A DNA stretch of 64,000 nt from an uncultured Bacilli bacterium (GTDB taxonomy: Bacteria > Bacillota_I > Bacilli_A > RF39 > UBA660): the NCBI GenBank assembly GCA_934085825.1, contig CAKOHR010000004.1:33308-97307 (forward strand). The letters run 5' to 3'. The position numbers and the translations under genes are program-made. Shown in pieces: positions 29,335-40,599 of this stretch (position 1 is its first letter; each line of letters opens with the position of its first letter). The notes beneath the pieces are model-generated. The model was not told the origin of the DNA. It saw only the letters and a program-made list of their open reading frames with translations, and ran no database searches.

Positions 29335-30693
29335 ATGTTTAATAATAAAAAAATTCATTTAATTGGAATCGGTGGCATCAGCATGAGTAGTATTGCCCTT
29401 ATGCTAACTAATATGAACGCAGTTGTAACCGGTAGTGATATAAATGAAACAGAAATAACTAATAATTTGGAAAATCAAGGAATTAAGAGTTTATATGGAC
29501 ACCATCCTGAGTTAGTTTCGGATGCTGATATTGTAGTATACACTGCAGCTATTCATGAAGATGATCCAGAAAGAAAAGCTATAACTGAATTTAATAAAGT
29601 ATCTTATGAAAGAGCAGAATTTTTAGGAATATTGATGAAAGAATTTGAAAATTCTCTATGTATATCTGGGACACATGGTAAAAGTACTACGACAGGAATG
29701 GTAAGTTTAATTTTCTTAGAAGCAAATCTTAATCCAACTATTCAAGTCGGAGCCATTATGCCTGAAATAAATGGTAATACACATTTAGGAAATCATAATT
29801 TCTTCATCATGGAGGCTTGCGAATATGTTGATTCATTTTTACATTTTCACCCTACTAGTGCAATCATAACTAATATTGATAATGATCATCTTGATTATTT
29901 TAAAAATTTGGATAATATAAAGAAATCTTTTTCAAAATATGTGGGATTACTTCCTGCAGATGGATATTTAGTCAAAAATAATGATGATGAAAATTCTAAA
30001 TCTCTTGAAGATTATACTAATGCTCATGTTATTACATATGGTATTAATAATGATTCCGATTATATGGCTAAAGATGTTAATTATAATGGCTTGGGACATT
30101 ATTCTTACAAACTATATAAAAATCATAACTATTTGACAACTATCAATTTAAGTGTTAATGGTTACCACAATATATATAATTCATTGGCAGCTTTTGCTCT
30201 AGCTAATCAATATATCAAGGATACTAACATAATTAGAAATGCTTTGGAAAAATACCATGGTGTTGGACGTAGATTTGAATATATAGGTAAGTACAATGGA
30301 GCTTATGTTTACGATGATTATGCACATCATCCATCAGAAATAAAAACTACTTTAGAAAGTGTTAAAAGCGTTAGACATAATGAATCGTGGGCAGTTTTTC
30401 AATCACATACATTTTCTAGAACTAAAGAACATTTAGATGATTTTGCCGATGTTCTTAGTTATTTTGATCACATTGTTATAGCAAAAATATACCCAGCACG
30501 CGAAGTTAATACTTTTGGGGTTTCAGAAGAAATGCTTGTTGAAAAAATAAAAGAAGAAAATAAAAATGTTGTATATATTGATGATTTTAATAAGATTGTT
30601 GATTATTTAAAAGAAAATGTTAAGCCAGAAGATTTGGTTATAACTATTGGAGCTGGACCAATAAATGATGTTGCAAAAAAACTTGTAGATTAA
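29335..30693 (+). CDS. murC: UDP-N-acetylmuramate--L-alanine ligase
   Basis: IHLIGIGGISMSSIA...GTHGKSTTT Mur ligase motifs; promoter TTGCGA-16-TATAAT upstream. Confidence 0.9.
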   Translation: MFNNKKIHLIGIGGISMSSIALMLTNMNAVVTGSDINETEITNNLENQGIKSLYGHHPELVSDADIVVYTAAIHEDDPERKAITEFNKVSYERAEFLGILMKEFENSLCISGTHGKSTTTGMVSLIFLEANLNPTIQVGAIMPEINGNTHLGNHNFFIMEACEYVDSFLHFHPTSAIITNIDNDHLDYFKNLDNIKKSFSKYVGLLPADGYLVKNNDDENSKSLEDYTNAHVITYGINNDSDYMAKDVNYNGLGHYSYKLYKNHNYLTTINLSVNGYHNIYNSLAAFALANQYIKDTNIIRNALEKYHGVGRRFEYIGKYNGAYVYDDYAHHPSEIKTTLESVKSVRHNESWAVFQSHTFSRTKEHLDDFADVLSYFDHIVIAKIYPAREVNTFGVSEEMLVEKIKEENKNVVYIDDFNKIVDYLKENVKPEDLVITIGAGPINDVAKKLVD

Positions 30694-31679
30694 TCTTTAC
30701 AAGTTTTTATTTGATTTCGATACTCTTCTAAAATATTTATTATTTCTTCTTTGCTTTTTCCTTTACATACTAAATTTTTAGTGTTACTTGCATCCGGCAT
30801 ACCTTTTAAATAATTAAGTAAATGCATTCTCATTTCTAAAACGGCAGCTTTTTCACTTTTATCTTCACAAAGTTTATTAAGATGATATTCCATCATATCA
30901 AGTTTTTCGTCATAGTTTATTGTTCGTGGCTGAGTACCATTTTCTAAATAATCAACGCATTCTTTTATAAGCCACGGATTACCTAAAAGTCCTCGGCCTA
31001 TCATTACAGCACTACATTTTGTTTCTTCAAGCATCCTCTTAGCATCATAACATGATAAGATATCACCATTTCCTATAACTGGTATCGATACTGCTTCCAC
31101 AACTTTTTTTATGATGCTCCAGTCAGCTTTGCCAGAATAACCTTGTGCTCTTGTCCTAGCATGAATTGTTATGGCACTTGCTCCATTTTTTTCACATATT
31201 TTGGCAATTTCTACAGCATTTATACTATTTGCATCCCAACCACTTCTAATTTTAACTGTAACTGGAACCCTTACAGCTTCTACGACGGCCTTTACTATTT
31301 GTCCGACTTTCTCTGGATTTTTTAAAAGCGCACTTCCGGCTTGATTTTTTATTGCAACTTTAGGTACTGGACATCCCATATTTATATCTATTATATCTGG
31401 ATGCATCTTTTTCTCAACAATTTTGGCAGCTTCCACAAAAGAACTTATGTCACTACCAAAAATTTGTTGACTAATTGGCCTTTCATCCTCATTCATCTTT
31501 AGTAGTTCAAATGTTTTTTCATTGCCAAAAGTTATTGCTTTGTCACTAACCATTTCTGCTACAACTAAAGAAGCACCCATAGACTTGCAAATTCTTCGAA
31601 AAGTCATGTTACTTATGCCAGCCATCGGAGCTACTACAATACAACCGTTTATTTTGACATCTCCAATATAAAAACTCAT
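30690..31679 (-). CDS. dus: tRNA-dihydrouridine synthase (DusB-like)
   Basis: VVAPMAGISNMTFRRICK...INMGCP...catalytic Cys; TIM barrel Dus family. Confidence 0.85.
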   Translation of the reverse strand: MSFYIGDVKINGCIVVAPMAGISNMTFRRICKSMGASLVVAEMVSDKAITFGNEKTFELLKMNEDERPISQQIFGSDISSFVEAAKIVEKKMHPDIIDINMGCPVPKVAIKNQAGSALLKNPEKVGQIVKAVVEAVRVPVTVKIRSGWDANSINAVEIAKICEKNGASAITIHARTRAQGYSGKADWSIIKKVVEAVSIPVIGNGDILSCYDAKRMLEETKCSAVMIGRGLLGNPWLIKECVDYLENGTQPRTINYDEKLDMMEYHLNKLCEDKSEKAAVLEMRMHLLNYLKGMPDASNTKNLVCKGKSKEEIINILEEYRNQIKTCKD

Positions 31680-32236
31680 TTTCTTAAAACTCCAATATCT
31701 CCAGGTGTAATTAAAAATGCGTTGGCATCATCTGTATCTAAATGAGCTTCATAAAATCCATCTTCACTCACCTTGGCATAAACATCTATTATTCCTGGCT
31801 TAATGCCACCAATTTCTAATTTTAATATTTCTTCATCTTTTACATTATACTTTTTAGCATCACTCTGACTAAAGTGAACATGTCTTTCAGCAATTATAGC
31901 AAAATTGCCGGTGATTTCTCCAAGATTAGTTTCAATCGTTATTTTTGCAGCACCATCCAATTTTCCACTTTTTTTTACCGGAGGAATAATTCCTAGCTTT
32001 CTGGCGTCATAAGCAGATATTTCTACTTGATTGTAACTTCTTGCTGGGCCAATAATCCTAACATTTTCAATTTTACTTTCACCATTTCTGATTGTAACAG
32101 TTTCTTCGGATGCGTACTGGCCAACTTGATTAAGCATATTTCGTACATGAAGTTCATGGCCAAATAAAATTTCTATTGCTTCTTTAGTCAAATGCACATG
32201 TCTGGCACTAATATTTAATGTAACTTTTTCTTCCAT
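31676..32236 (-). CDS. pduL: PduL-type phosphotransacylase (phosphate propanoyl/acetyl-transferase)
   Basis: Two PduL repeats with SARHVHLT and AERHVHFS motifs. Confidence 0.7.
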   Translation of the reverse strand: MEEKVTLNISARHVHLTKEAIEILFGHELHVRNMLNQVGQYASEETVTIRNGESKIENVRIIGPARSYNQVEISAYDARKLGIIPPVKKSGKLDGAAKITIETNLGEITGNFAIIAERHVHFSQSDAKKYNVKDEEILKLEIGGIKPGIIDVYAKVSEDGFYEAHLDTDDANAFLITPGDIGVLRK

Positions 32237-32237
32237 G

Positions 32238-32906
32238 CTAATCCTCCATATCTATAATATCACATTTTACTATTTTTCCTTTTTCAAAATATAACTTTAT
32301 AATGTTAATACTTTGCTCTGCATCATCTATTATAACTCTATCATCAAAACTTAAAATTAATCTATCATCTAAATTATACCCTTTTTCAAGCTTATCTAAT
32401 AAATAAGCCATTATTGCACTTTTTTGTGTAAATATAACAGTATTTCTATATCCTTGTTTCTTAATTATTCTATCTATAGCTATATTCATTCTTTTATTTA
32501 CATCCGAAAGGCTTTCTCCGTGATTAAATTTAAACTCAAAATTTCTTTCTTGCATAAACCTTAGCATTTTTATATTTCTTTTTCCTAGATCTCCCAGCTT
32601 TAAATCGTTTAAAAAAGAATTTATAATAATATCACATTTTTTTAATGAAGCATAATATTTAGCACAATCTATACTTGATGCGTAGCTTGATGAATATATA
32701 ACATCTGCATCTATTTTTTTGGCTAATTTAACTGCTAGCTTTTCTCCAGCGATTGAAAGAGGTCTGTTTATTCTTTTTTCTTCTAACCTTTCATCAGTTT
32801 CATAAACTATATCATCTATTACTAAATTATTACTAACTAGGTACAGTATCATCTTTATCACCTTCTTAATTTTACCAAATAAATTAATTATTGACAATAC
32901 TTTCAA
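32238..32906 (-). CDS. Hypothetical protein, possibly degenerate histidine-phosphatase/phosphoglycerate-mutase-like fold
   Basis: ORF in operon with pduL and dus; catalytic RHG not evident; true start probably internal Met (MILYLVSNN, ~32852). Confidence 0.4.
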   Translation of the reverse strand: MKVLSIINLFGKIKKVIKMILYLVSNNLVIDDIVYETDERLEEKRINRPLSIAGEKLAVKLAKKIDADVIYSSSYASSIDCAKYYASLKKCDIIINSFLNDLKLGDLGKRNIKMLRFMQERNFEFKFNHGESLSDVNKRMNIAIDRIIKKQGYRNTVIFTQKSAIMAYLLDKLEKGYNLDDRLILSFDDRVIIDDAEQSINIIKLYFEKGKIVKCDIIDMED

Positions 32907-32940
32907 AATAATCTATAGTAGTAGTTGAAGGCGGTGTACT

Positions 32941-35424
32941 ATGAAAAATACTTTAATTGAAATTTTTAAACCAAATCCTAAAAGTTTAACATTAAATGAT
33001 ATCAAAGAAGCTCTTGGTTACAAAAATATTACAAACGTTCAAAAGCGTCATCTTGTTAAAAAACTGTTAAAATTAGAATTAGACGGAAAAATATATTACG
33101 ACTTTGTTGGTAATTGTTATTATGTGTTTCCATCTAATTTTTTTGTATCAAAAGTTAATAAGAATGTAGATGGTAAAATTATTTTTGGTATCAATGGTGA
33201 ATTACAAGAAATGAATACTAATAATGTTAATGCTAAAAAGAAAGATTTTATAATTGTAAAAAAAGAAAATGATGGTTATAAACTAGTCAAAGTTATAGGT
33301 AAAGCACAAGAGTTAGAAAGTGAGGAAGATTTAGAAAAAATATATAATTTATTTAATCCATATTCAGCTTCTTACAAATTTAAAGATCTTCTTAAAATTA
33401 CAAAAGCTTCTGAAGATGATTTAAAAGATACTTTAAATGAGCTTGAAAATGAAGGAATTGCTTATTATGATCCCCAACAGGATTTATATAAAACAATGCC
33501 TTCAAATTATTTTATTGCAACTGCTGAAGTGACAAGAAAAGGTTTCTATAATGTTAATTTTAATGGAATAATGTATTGTTTACCATATGAAAGTACATCT
33601 GGAATCTTACCATTTGATAAAGTTCTATTAAAAAAAGAAGGAAAAAATATTTCTTTAGTAAAAATTATAAAAAGAGCTAATCCTCAAGTAGTTTGTGAAA
33701 TTTTAGATGATAAAAAAATAAAAATAGTTGGTTATAATAATATTAATGTAAGATGTACTGATCAGGAATTTCAAAAATTAAATCTTCCAGTTGGGACAAG
33801 ATTTTTGGCAAATATTGATTGTATAGAATTTAATAATGCTTATCCAGTTCAATTTTTAGGGGTTCTAGGACATAAAAATGACTTAAATGCTGAGCTTGAA
33901 GCTATCACTTATAATAATGGTTTTAAAGTTCGTTATTCAAAAGAGGAATTAGATCAAGCATATAGTTTACCTACAGAAGTAACTGAAGAAGATAAAAAAG
34001 ATCGTATTGATTTAACAGAAGAAAATATATTCACTATAGACGGAGCTCATACTAAAGATATGGATGATGCTGTATCAATTAGAAAACTTGAAAATGGTAA
34101 TTATGAATTAATGGTGTCTATTGCTGCTGTGTCGCATTATATAAGATATAATAGTCCGCTTTACTTAAGAGCTGCTTATAATACTACAAGCGTTTATCTT
34201 ATTAATGGCGTAAATCATATGCTTCATCCACAAGTGTCTAATGGTATTTGTTCTTTAAATCCTAATGTTGAAAGACTAGCTAAAACTTATAAAATTGAAA
34301 TAAATCCTAAAGGCAATATTGTAGACTTTTCTTTCTTTGATAGTGTTATAAAGTCAAAAAAGAAAATGACTTATGAAGATTGTAATGAAATATTTGAAAA
34401 TAATAAAATTCCTAATGGTTATGAACCATTTGTAAATGATTTATTAATAATGCAAGAACTTGCTCAAATTATTGAAAATCGTCGGCGAGAAAATGGAGCA
34501 CTTGATTTTGGAAACAATGAAATTGAATTTGTCTTAGATGATAATGGCACAATTGTAGATGTTGTTCATCGTAAGCAAGGTGCGGCAGAAAAATTAATTG
34601 AAAATTTTATGGTTATAACTAATGAAGGAATTGCTGAATATATGTATAATTTAGGAATTGAATTTGTTTATAGAAATCATGAAATTCCATACGATGATAA
34701 AGTAAAGGAAACTATTAAATTGATAACTTCAATGGGATATAGGGTTAATGCTTTAGAAAATAGTGATGATCCACATGTTATGCAGACGGTCATTAATAGT
34801 TTAAACTCTAGAGAAGAATTTTTCATTTTATCTTCCCTACTTTTAAGGTCTATGCAAAAAGCTTATTTTAGTACGGAAAATAAAGGACATTATGGTTTAG
34901 CATTAACAGCTTATTCTCAAACTACTTCACCAATTAGAAGACTTATGGATTTAATTATAGAATACATTCTTGATAATATAGATAAAATATATGATGGAAC
35001 CTTGGATATGGAAGAACTTAAACCTTCACTTAATAGTTTGTGTGAAAGAGCTTCAATGATGGAAAGATGTGCTGATAAAGCTGAATATGAAGCTAATAAA
35101 CTTTATATGATTGATTATGTTTTAAAACATCAAGATGCTATTTACGAAGGATATATTCAAGAAATTACACCACGTTATATGATTGTAAAAACTAAAGAAT
35201 TAATTGAAGGGATTGTCTTTTTTGAAGATATTGAAGATGGATCTTATGTTTATAATCCTGATTGTAAATGTTTGGAAAATCCTAAAACTAGACATAAAAT
35301 TATGATTGGTAGTAAACTTAAACTTAACTTTAAAGATGCTAATCGAGAATATAGAATTTTGAGATTTAATGCAGAAGTTAATACTCTAGAAAAAGAAATA
35401 ACACTTGCAAGAACAAAGAACTAA
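32941..35424 (+). CDS. rnr: Ribonuclease R
   Basis: 827 aa with RNB catalytic domain (TIDGAHTKDMDDAVS) and C-terminal S1 domain; promoter TTGACA-17-TATAGT. Confidence 0.9.
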   Translation: MKNTLIEIFKPNPKSLTLNDIKEALGYKNITNVQKRHLVKKLLKLELDGKIYYDFVGNCYYVFPSNFFVSKVNKNVDGKIIFGINGELQEMNTNNVNAKKKDFIIVKKENDGYKLVKVIGKAQELESEEDLEKIYNLFNPYSASYKFKDLLKITKASEDDLKDTLNELENEGIAYYDPQQDLYKTMPSNYFIATAEVTRKGFYNVNFNGIMYCLPYESTSGILPFDKVLLKKEGKNISLVKIIKRANPQVVCEILDDKKIKIVGYNNINVRCTDQEFQKLNLPVGTRFLANIDCIEFNNAYPVQFLGVLGHKNDLNAELEAITYNNGFKVRYSKEELDQAYSLPTEVTEEDKKDRIDLTEENIFTIDGAHTKDMDDAVSIRKLENGNYELMVSIAAVSHYIRYNSPLYLRAAYNTTSVYLINGVNHMLHPQVSNGICSLNPNVERLAKTYKIEINPKGNIVDFSFFDSVIKSKKKMTYEDCNEIFENNKIPNGYEPFVNDLLIMQELAQIIENRRRENGALDFGNNEIEFVLDDNGTIVDVVHRKQGAAEKLIENFMVITNEGIAEYMYNLGIEFVYRNHEIPYDDKVKETIKLITSMGYRVNALENSDDPHVMQTVINSLNSREEFFILSSLLLRSMQKAYFSTENKGHYGLALTAYSQTTSPIRRLMDLIIEYILDNIDKIYDGTLDMEELKPSLNSLCERASMMERCADKAEYEANKLYMIDYVLKHQDAIYEGYIQEITPRYMIVKTKELIEGIVFFEDIEDGSYVYNPDCKCLENPKTRHKIMIGSKLKLNFKDANREYRILRFNAEVNTLEKEITLARTKN

Positions 35425-35440
35425 ATTCTTTGTTTTTTTG
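35414..35440 (+). terminator. rnr terminator
   Basis: CAAAGAACTAAATTCTTTG hairpin plus T7. Confidence 0.5.
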
Positions 35441-35468
35441 AGCAAGAAAAAAAGACTTGAATTCAAGT

Positions 35469-36560
35469 CTAATGAGTTTCTATTTCTAAATGTTCTTCTT
35501 TAGCTCCTAACTTATCTAAGTCTACACTATTGATACTATCAAATCTTTTAGTTATTTTTTCACTAGTTGTATGAAGTTCATCGATACTTTGGTTTACTGT
35601 TTTAACACTTCTTGCTAGTTTATCCCAGCGTTCTTTATATCTTCCAAATTCCACACTTAATTTGTTTAACTCTTCATGAATTACTTTAGCATATTTATCT
35701 CTTTCCATATTTTTAAGTATCATACTTATGATGGAAAGTGTACTTATTAAAGTTGTAGGTCCAGCGATCCACACCTTTTTGCTATATGCATAATTAAGAA
35801 GTTCTGGGTGATATGCATTTATTTCTGCAAATAATGCTTCCGCGGGTAAAAACATAATGGCTTCATCGGTCGTTTCACCAGGTATAATATATTTTTCACT
35901 AATAGCATTTATATGTTTTTTTACATCTTGAACAAACATCTTTTCATAGTATTCTCTTTCTTCTTTAGTTTTTGTTCTATCTGTCATTCTTTGGTAGTTT
36001 TCTAAAGGAAACTTTGAATCAATAGCAATTGTTCCAAGGGGAGATGGTGCATAAAGAATGGCATCCGCTATAACACCGGTGGAAAGCTTAACTTGAGTCT
36101 TGTAAATGCCATTTTTGTTACTGCCAAAGGCATTATTTAAAATATATTCTAAGTTTACTTCTCCGAAAGTACCACGAGTTTTTTTGTCTGTCAAAACCCC
36201 TTGAAGTGATACTATTTCTCCATTTAAACTATCTATTTTTTTCTGAGCTTCATCTATTTTACTTAATCTTTCTAAAACATTCATAAATGTTTTATTACTT
36301 TTTTCAAAATTTTGATCAAGTCGTTCATTAACTCTATCGTTGATAATGGTTAGTTTCTTTTCTATTCTTTCATTTAAAAGTTCAAAATCTTGAGTTAGTA
36401 CTTTGGAAAAGCCAAATTTAAATTCACCTATTTCTTTATTAATGTTAGCTTCAAAATGTCCAAGCCTTTCTGTCATTTCATTATTGTTATTTTTTCTTAA
36501 AATCAGTACTAATAATAGTATTATTACTATTATTAGTAGTCCTACAATTACATATTCCAT
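35469..36560 (-). CDS. rmuC: DNA recombination protein RmuC
   Basis: N-terminal TM, coiled coil, RmuC domain (KTRGTFGEVNLEYIL...). Confidence 0.85.
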   Translation of the reverse strand: MEYVIVGLLIIVIILLLVLILRKNNNNEMTERLGHFEANINKEIGEFKFGFSKVLTQDFELLNERIEKKLTIINDRVNERLDQNFEKSNKTFMNVLERLSKIDEAQKKIDSLNGEIVSLQGVLTDKKTRGTFGEVNLEYILNNAFGSNKNGIYKTQVKLSTGVIADAILYAPSPLGTIAIDSKFPLENYQRMTDRTKTKEEREYYEKMFVQDVKKHINAISEKYIIPGETTDEAIMFLPAEALFAEINAYHPELLNYAYSKKVWIAGPTTLISTLSIISMILKNMERDKYAKVIHEELNKLSVEFGRYKERWDKLARSVKTVNQSIDELHTTSEKITKRFDSINSVDLDKLGAKEEHLEIETH

Positions 36561-36576
36561 ACTTCCTCCTTAGATT

Positions 36577-38391
36577 TTAACTTTCAAAAAATACTTCATA
36601 CCACTTAATAAATGTATAAATAGTCCATATTTTACGATAATTGTCTTTTTTGCCATCTACATGTTCTTTAAACATTTTATTTAATATGTCAATATTAAAG
36701 TATTTTTTAGCAATTTCACTATTTAATGCTCTTTCTACTTCTTCTTTGAAATTTCCCTCTTTAATCCATTCACGAACTGGAACTGGAAATCCTAACTTTT
36801 TCTTTTTGTATGCTTCAGTTGGTATAACTTCTTTTGCTGCTTCTCTTAAAGCTACTTTTGTATTTTCTTTTGTAACTTTATAATCGAATGGAAGATGAGA
36901 TGCAACTTTAAATACTTCCTTATCAATAAATGGTACTCTTCCTTCAATAGATGATGCCATTGTCATTCTATCAGCTTTAAGTAAAATATCTTTCATAAGC
37001 CAAAAATTTATATCAATAGCTTGCATTTTATCAATATTGCTATAGTTTTTAAATTCGTTGTATACATCCTTAGTTACATCTATGGCTTTTAAGTCATAGC
37101 TACTTTTAAGAACCTTTTTAGCCATTTTGGTTGAAAAATTTCTGTTAACTCCAATATAACTATTTTCTAACTTTTCTCCTCTTCTTACAAGGAAGTTAAA
37201 ACCTCTTCCTTCAGGGAAAATACTAGCAATTTTGCCAATGGCGTGTCTTATACAATAAGGCAATTTATTGTATAATTTGTAATCTACTTCTTCTCTATAA
37301 TAGTTGTAGCCACCAAAGAATTCATCAGCACCTTCGCCAGATAAAACTACCTTTAAATCCTTACTTGCAAGTTTTGCAACAAAATATAATGATATAGCTG
37401 CTGGGTCACTTGTTGGTTCATCTAAATGATACATTATTTTACTTATATTCTCTAAATATTCTTCTTTAGTTATTATTTTACTTTCATTTTTAATACCTAA
37501 TTTGTTTGCTAAATCTTTGGCATACATTGTTTCATCATATTTTTTATTTTCATATCCCACTGTGTATGTTTTATCAGGCTTAGCTAAAGATACTATGTAT
37601 GATGAATCTATTCCACTTGATAAAAATGAACCTACTTCAACATCTGATATTAAATGTTTATCTACACTATCTTTCATAACAGCACTAATATTTTTAACGG
37701 CATCTTCAAAACTCATATCTTCTTCTTTAAAATCTAATTTAAAATATTTATTTATTTTAATGTCTTCATCCTTGTATAAAAGACTACATCCAGCATCTAG
37801 ACGATATACACCTTTAAAAAAGGTTTCATTTGTTGGTACAAAACTAAATTCAAGATAAGTTTCTAAAATGTTTTCATTAAATTCTTTTTTAAAATCTGGT
37901 ACGTCTAAAAAAGATTTAATTTCTGATGCAAACATAAATGTATCATTCATTTTTGCATAATAAAGTGGTTTTATACCAAAGTTGTCTCGTGCTAAAAATA
38001 CCTCTTTTTTATTCTTATCATAAATTGCAAATGCAAACATTCCTCTTAAATGTTTGGGAAGATCCGTATACCATTCTTCAAACCCATGAACTAATACTTC
38101 TGTGTCGCTCTTTGTTTTAAAATCATGACCAAGTTTTATTAGTTCTTCTTTTAATTCTTGATAATTGTAAATTTCACCATTAAAAACTGTTACAACAGAT
38201 TCATCTTCATTAAACATCGGTTGATTTCCTGTAGATAAATCAATTATAGAAAGACGACGATGACCTAGAGCCACATCATTATCTATAAAGTACCCTTCTC
38301 CATCTGGTCCACGATGTTTAATTCTATCATTCATTAATTTAATTGTATTTTCTTTTTCTTTTTTTGTTACTAACCCTACGATTCCGCACAT
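36577..38391 (-). CDS. asnB: Asparagine synthetase B (glutamine-hydrolysing)
   Basis: MCGIVGLV N-terminal nucleophile Cys2, SGGIDSS PP-loop. Confidence 0.9.
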   Translation of the reverse strand: MCGIVGLVTKKEKENTIKLMNDRIKHRGPDGEGYFIDNDVALGHRRLSIIDLSTGNQPMFNEDESVVTVFNGEIYNYQELKEELIKLGHDFKTKSDTEVLVHGFEEWYTDLPKHLRGMFAFAIYDKNKKEVFLARDNFGIKPLYYAKMNDTFMFASEIKSFLDVPDFKKEFNENILETYLEFSFVPTNETFFKGVYRLDAGCSLLYKDEDIKINKYFKLDFKEEDMSFEDAVKNISAVMKDSVDKHLISDVEVGSFLSSGIDSSYIVSLAKPDKTYTVGYENKKYDETMYAKDLANKLGIKNESKIITKEEYLENISKIMYHLDEPTSDPAAISLYFVAKLASKDLKVVLSGEGADEFFGGYNYYREEVDYKLYNKLPYCIRHAIGKIASIFPEGRGFNFLVRRGEKLENSYIGVNRNFSTKMAKKVLKSSYDLKAIDVTKDVYNEFKNYSNIDKMQAIDINFWLMKDILLKADRMTMASSIEGRVPFIDKEVFKVASHLPFDYKVTKENTKVALREAAKEVIPTEAYKKKKLGFPVPVREWIKEGNFKEEVERALNSEIAKKYFNIDILNKMFKEHVDGKKDNYRKIWTIYTFIKWYEVFFES

Positions 38392-40358
38392 TATTTATCA
38401 CCTAACACTTTCTTATAATAATCATTTACTATGATATTTTTACTCATATTCATTTTATTATTCACTAAATTATTCATATACGATATGTATTCATCACTTA
38501 TTTTTTCATCTTTGTTTTTAGAAATAAATTTGCCTGATGCTGCAAAATAAGTTCCTTTATCACTAACCCAACTTCTATTTCCAAATATTGCGAGTCCTGG
38601 TTCTGTACTTAAAATATCTTTACCGATAATAAGTCTTGAATCATAGCTTGCCCCAAATAAATTATAAATTGTTGGTAATACATCAATTTGACTTCCCACT
38701 TTATCAATATTTACGGTTTCCATTTCACTATTCCATAGAATAAAATTACTTTTGTTTACTTCAACAACTTCATCTTTTTTATAACTTGATATTTCATTTA
38801 CTTCATCAATACTTAAATAATATGGGTAGTGATCTCCAACTAATGCTATCACTGTATTATCTAATTTACCTGCCTCTTTTAATTTATTTATTAAGGTTTC
38901 TAAAGCCCTGTCAAGTTCTATTTGAGCAGCTAAATAGGCTTTAGGCTTTTCACTATATTTTAAATTTGCTACTTCTTCTTGGTGTTTTTTAGCCATTGCA
39001 CTTTGACTAAAAGTATATCCTCCATGTCCACTAACTGTTGCATAATATGTAAAGAATGGCTTATCACTCTTTATATAGTCATCAAATGTGGCATTAATCA
39101 TTTCAACATCTGATTCTGGCCACTGATTACAATTAATACTTTCTTCAAGGCCATTTAAACAACCTTTGAAATTATCAAATCCTAATGCTTTCAAATATTT
39201 GTATCTATCTTGAAAATATATGCTATGATCATGATACGCATATGTGCTGTAACCTAAATTTTTAAAGACTGTAGCTATTCCCATTGGATATGTATTTGTA
39301 CCACTTTTCCAGGGGCTTACAAAACCAGATGCTGCCACTAAACCTGTAAGTTCTTGAAATTCTCCACCAATCGTACTAGAAATAGTTGGTGTATAATAAT
39401 TATTAAATTTAAATCCACTATTTACAAGTTTATAAAGTGTTGGAGTTAAATCTTCTCTTACAGCTATTTCATTGAAACTTTCTGCCATAAAAAGAATTAA
39501 ATTCTTGCCTTCAAAATATTTTGTATATTTATTTTGTTTAGTACCACTTTCATTTTTGAAATATTCATGCATACTTTTAATAGTATCGTCACTTTCATTT
39601 TTTATTAGATCATCAAAATCAATATCTAAGTTATTATATTCATAGGCTATGTCATTTACATTATTTGTATTTTTATTTGTTTTGTCATCATTAATGTTTT
39701 CTATAATATCTACGCTTTCTTTAAAGTTAAATACAAGGCGATAAGAATCTATAAAAAATGTATTTAAAACTCCAAAAGTTCTAACGTTTAAATCAACATT
39801 GTTTATTTTATAATAAAGTTTATATGGAGAATTAATTTCATTTTTATTTATTCTTAAAAATAAGTAAAATGAGCCAATACTTGCCAAACATAAACTACTT
39901 TTAATAAGAGTTATTTTCTTTGCTTGTTTCTCAATTATAATTAAGTAATTTAGTATGGAAAACAATATAAACGGTAAAAATAATAAAATGACGCCGATGA
40001 TGTTATTTAATACTAAATTAATACCATCTTTGGCAAAAGATACAACTTGACCAGAAGCACCAAGCAAACCAAAGTCAAAATAAAAACTAAACATCCTAAA
40101 TACACAAAATTGAATACTATATAGTAAACTTACTAAAAATATATTTACAAGAAATATTATTTTATTGGTTTTTCTGTTAAATATTCTGCCTAATAAATCA
40201 TAAAATAAACTGATAGATAAGTTAAATATTAAAACATAAATAATATTTTTACTAAATATAGTATTTCCAGTTAATATTCTAAATGTTATTTCCATGTATA
40301 ATAATATTATAAAGGTTACTAACCCTAAATAAAACTTTCTTAATCTGAATTTTTTCAT
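38391..40358 (-). CDS. ltaS: Lipoteichoic acid synthase family protein (LtaS-type sulfatase domain)
   Basis: 5 N-terminal TM helices then extracellular sulfatase-like domain (...MAESFNEIAVREDLTPTLYKL...). Confidence 0.85.
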   Translation of the reverse strand: MKKFRLRKFYLGLVTFIILLYMEITFRILTGNTIFSKNIIYVLIFNLSISLFYDLLGRIFNRKTNKIIFLVNIFLVSLLYSIQFCVFRMFSFYFDFGLLGASGQVVSFAKDGINLVLNNIIGVILLFLPFILFSILNYLIIIEKQAKKITLIKSSLCLASIGSFYLFLRINKNEINSPYKLYYKINNVDLNVRTFGVLNTFFIDSYRLVFNFKESVDIIENINDDKTNKNTNNVNDIAYEYNNLDIDFDDLIKNESDDTIKSMHEYFKNESGTKQNKYTKYFEGKNLILFMAESFNEIAVREDLTPTLYKLVNSGFKFNNYYTPTISSTIGGEFQELTGLVAASGFVSPWKSGTNTYPMGIATVFKNLGYSTYAYHDHSIYFQDRYKYLKALGFDNFKGCLNGLEESINCNQWPESDVEMINATFDDYIKSDKPFFTYYATVSGHGGYTFSQSAMAKKHQEEVANLKYSEKPKAYLAAQIELDRALETLINKLKEAGKLDNTVIALVGDHYPYYLSIDEVNEISSYKKDEVVEVNKSNFILWNSEMETVNIDKVGSQIDVLPTIYNLFGASYDSRLIIGKDILSTEPGLAIFGNRSWVSDKGTYFAASGKFISKNKDEKISDEYISYMNNLVNNKMNMSKNIIVNDYYKKVLGDK

Positions 40359-40599
40359 AGACTACCTCTACATGTTCTATTATACCACTAATTATTGCTT
40401 TTATATAATAGATTGTACGAAAATTTACACTTTCAAAGTAAATAAAATTATTAATCAAAAAACTAGATATAAAATCTAGTCAACTTTTCTTAATTTTCAC
40501 TGTAGCTTGGGTACTTCCGCTTTTTTATAAATCATATTTTTGAAGTTTTCCTCATCAATACAGATTTTAATATATCATATCTTTGTGTGTTTGTGATGC

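Noticed and set aside
32907-32940. Very short divergent intergenic region with N-terminal part of ORF 32238-32906
   Set aside because: The rnr promoter (TTGACA-17-TATAGT) occupies it. The upstream 18 codons of the minus-strand ORF are probably not translated, and the start is likely the internal Met.
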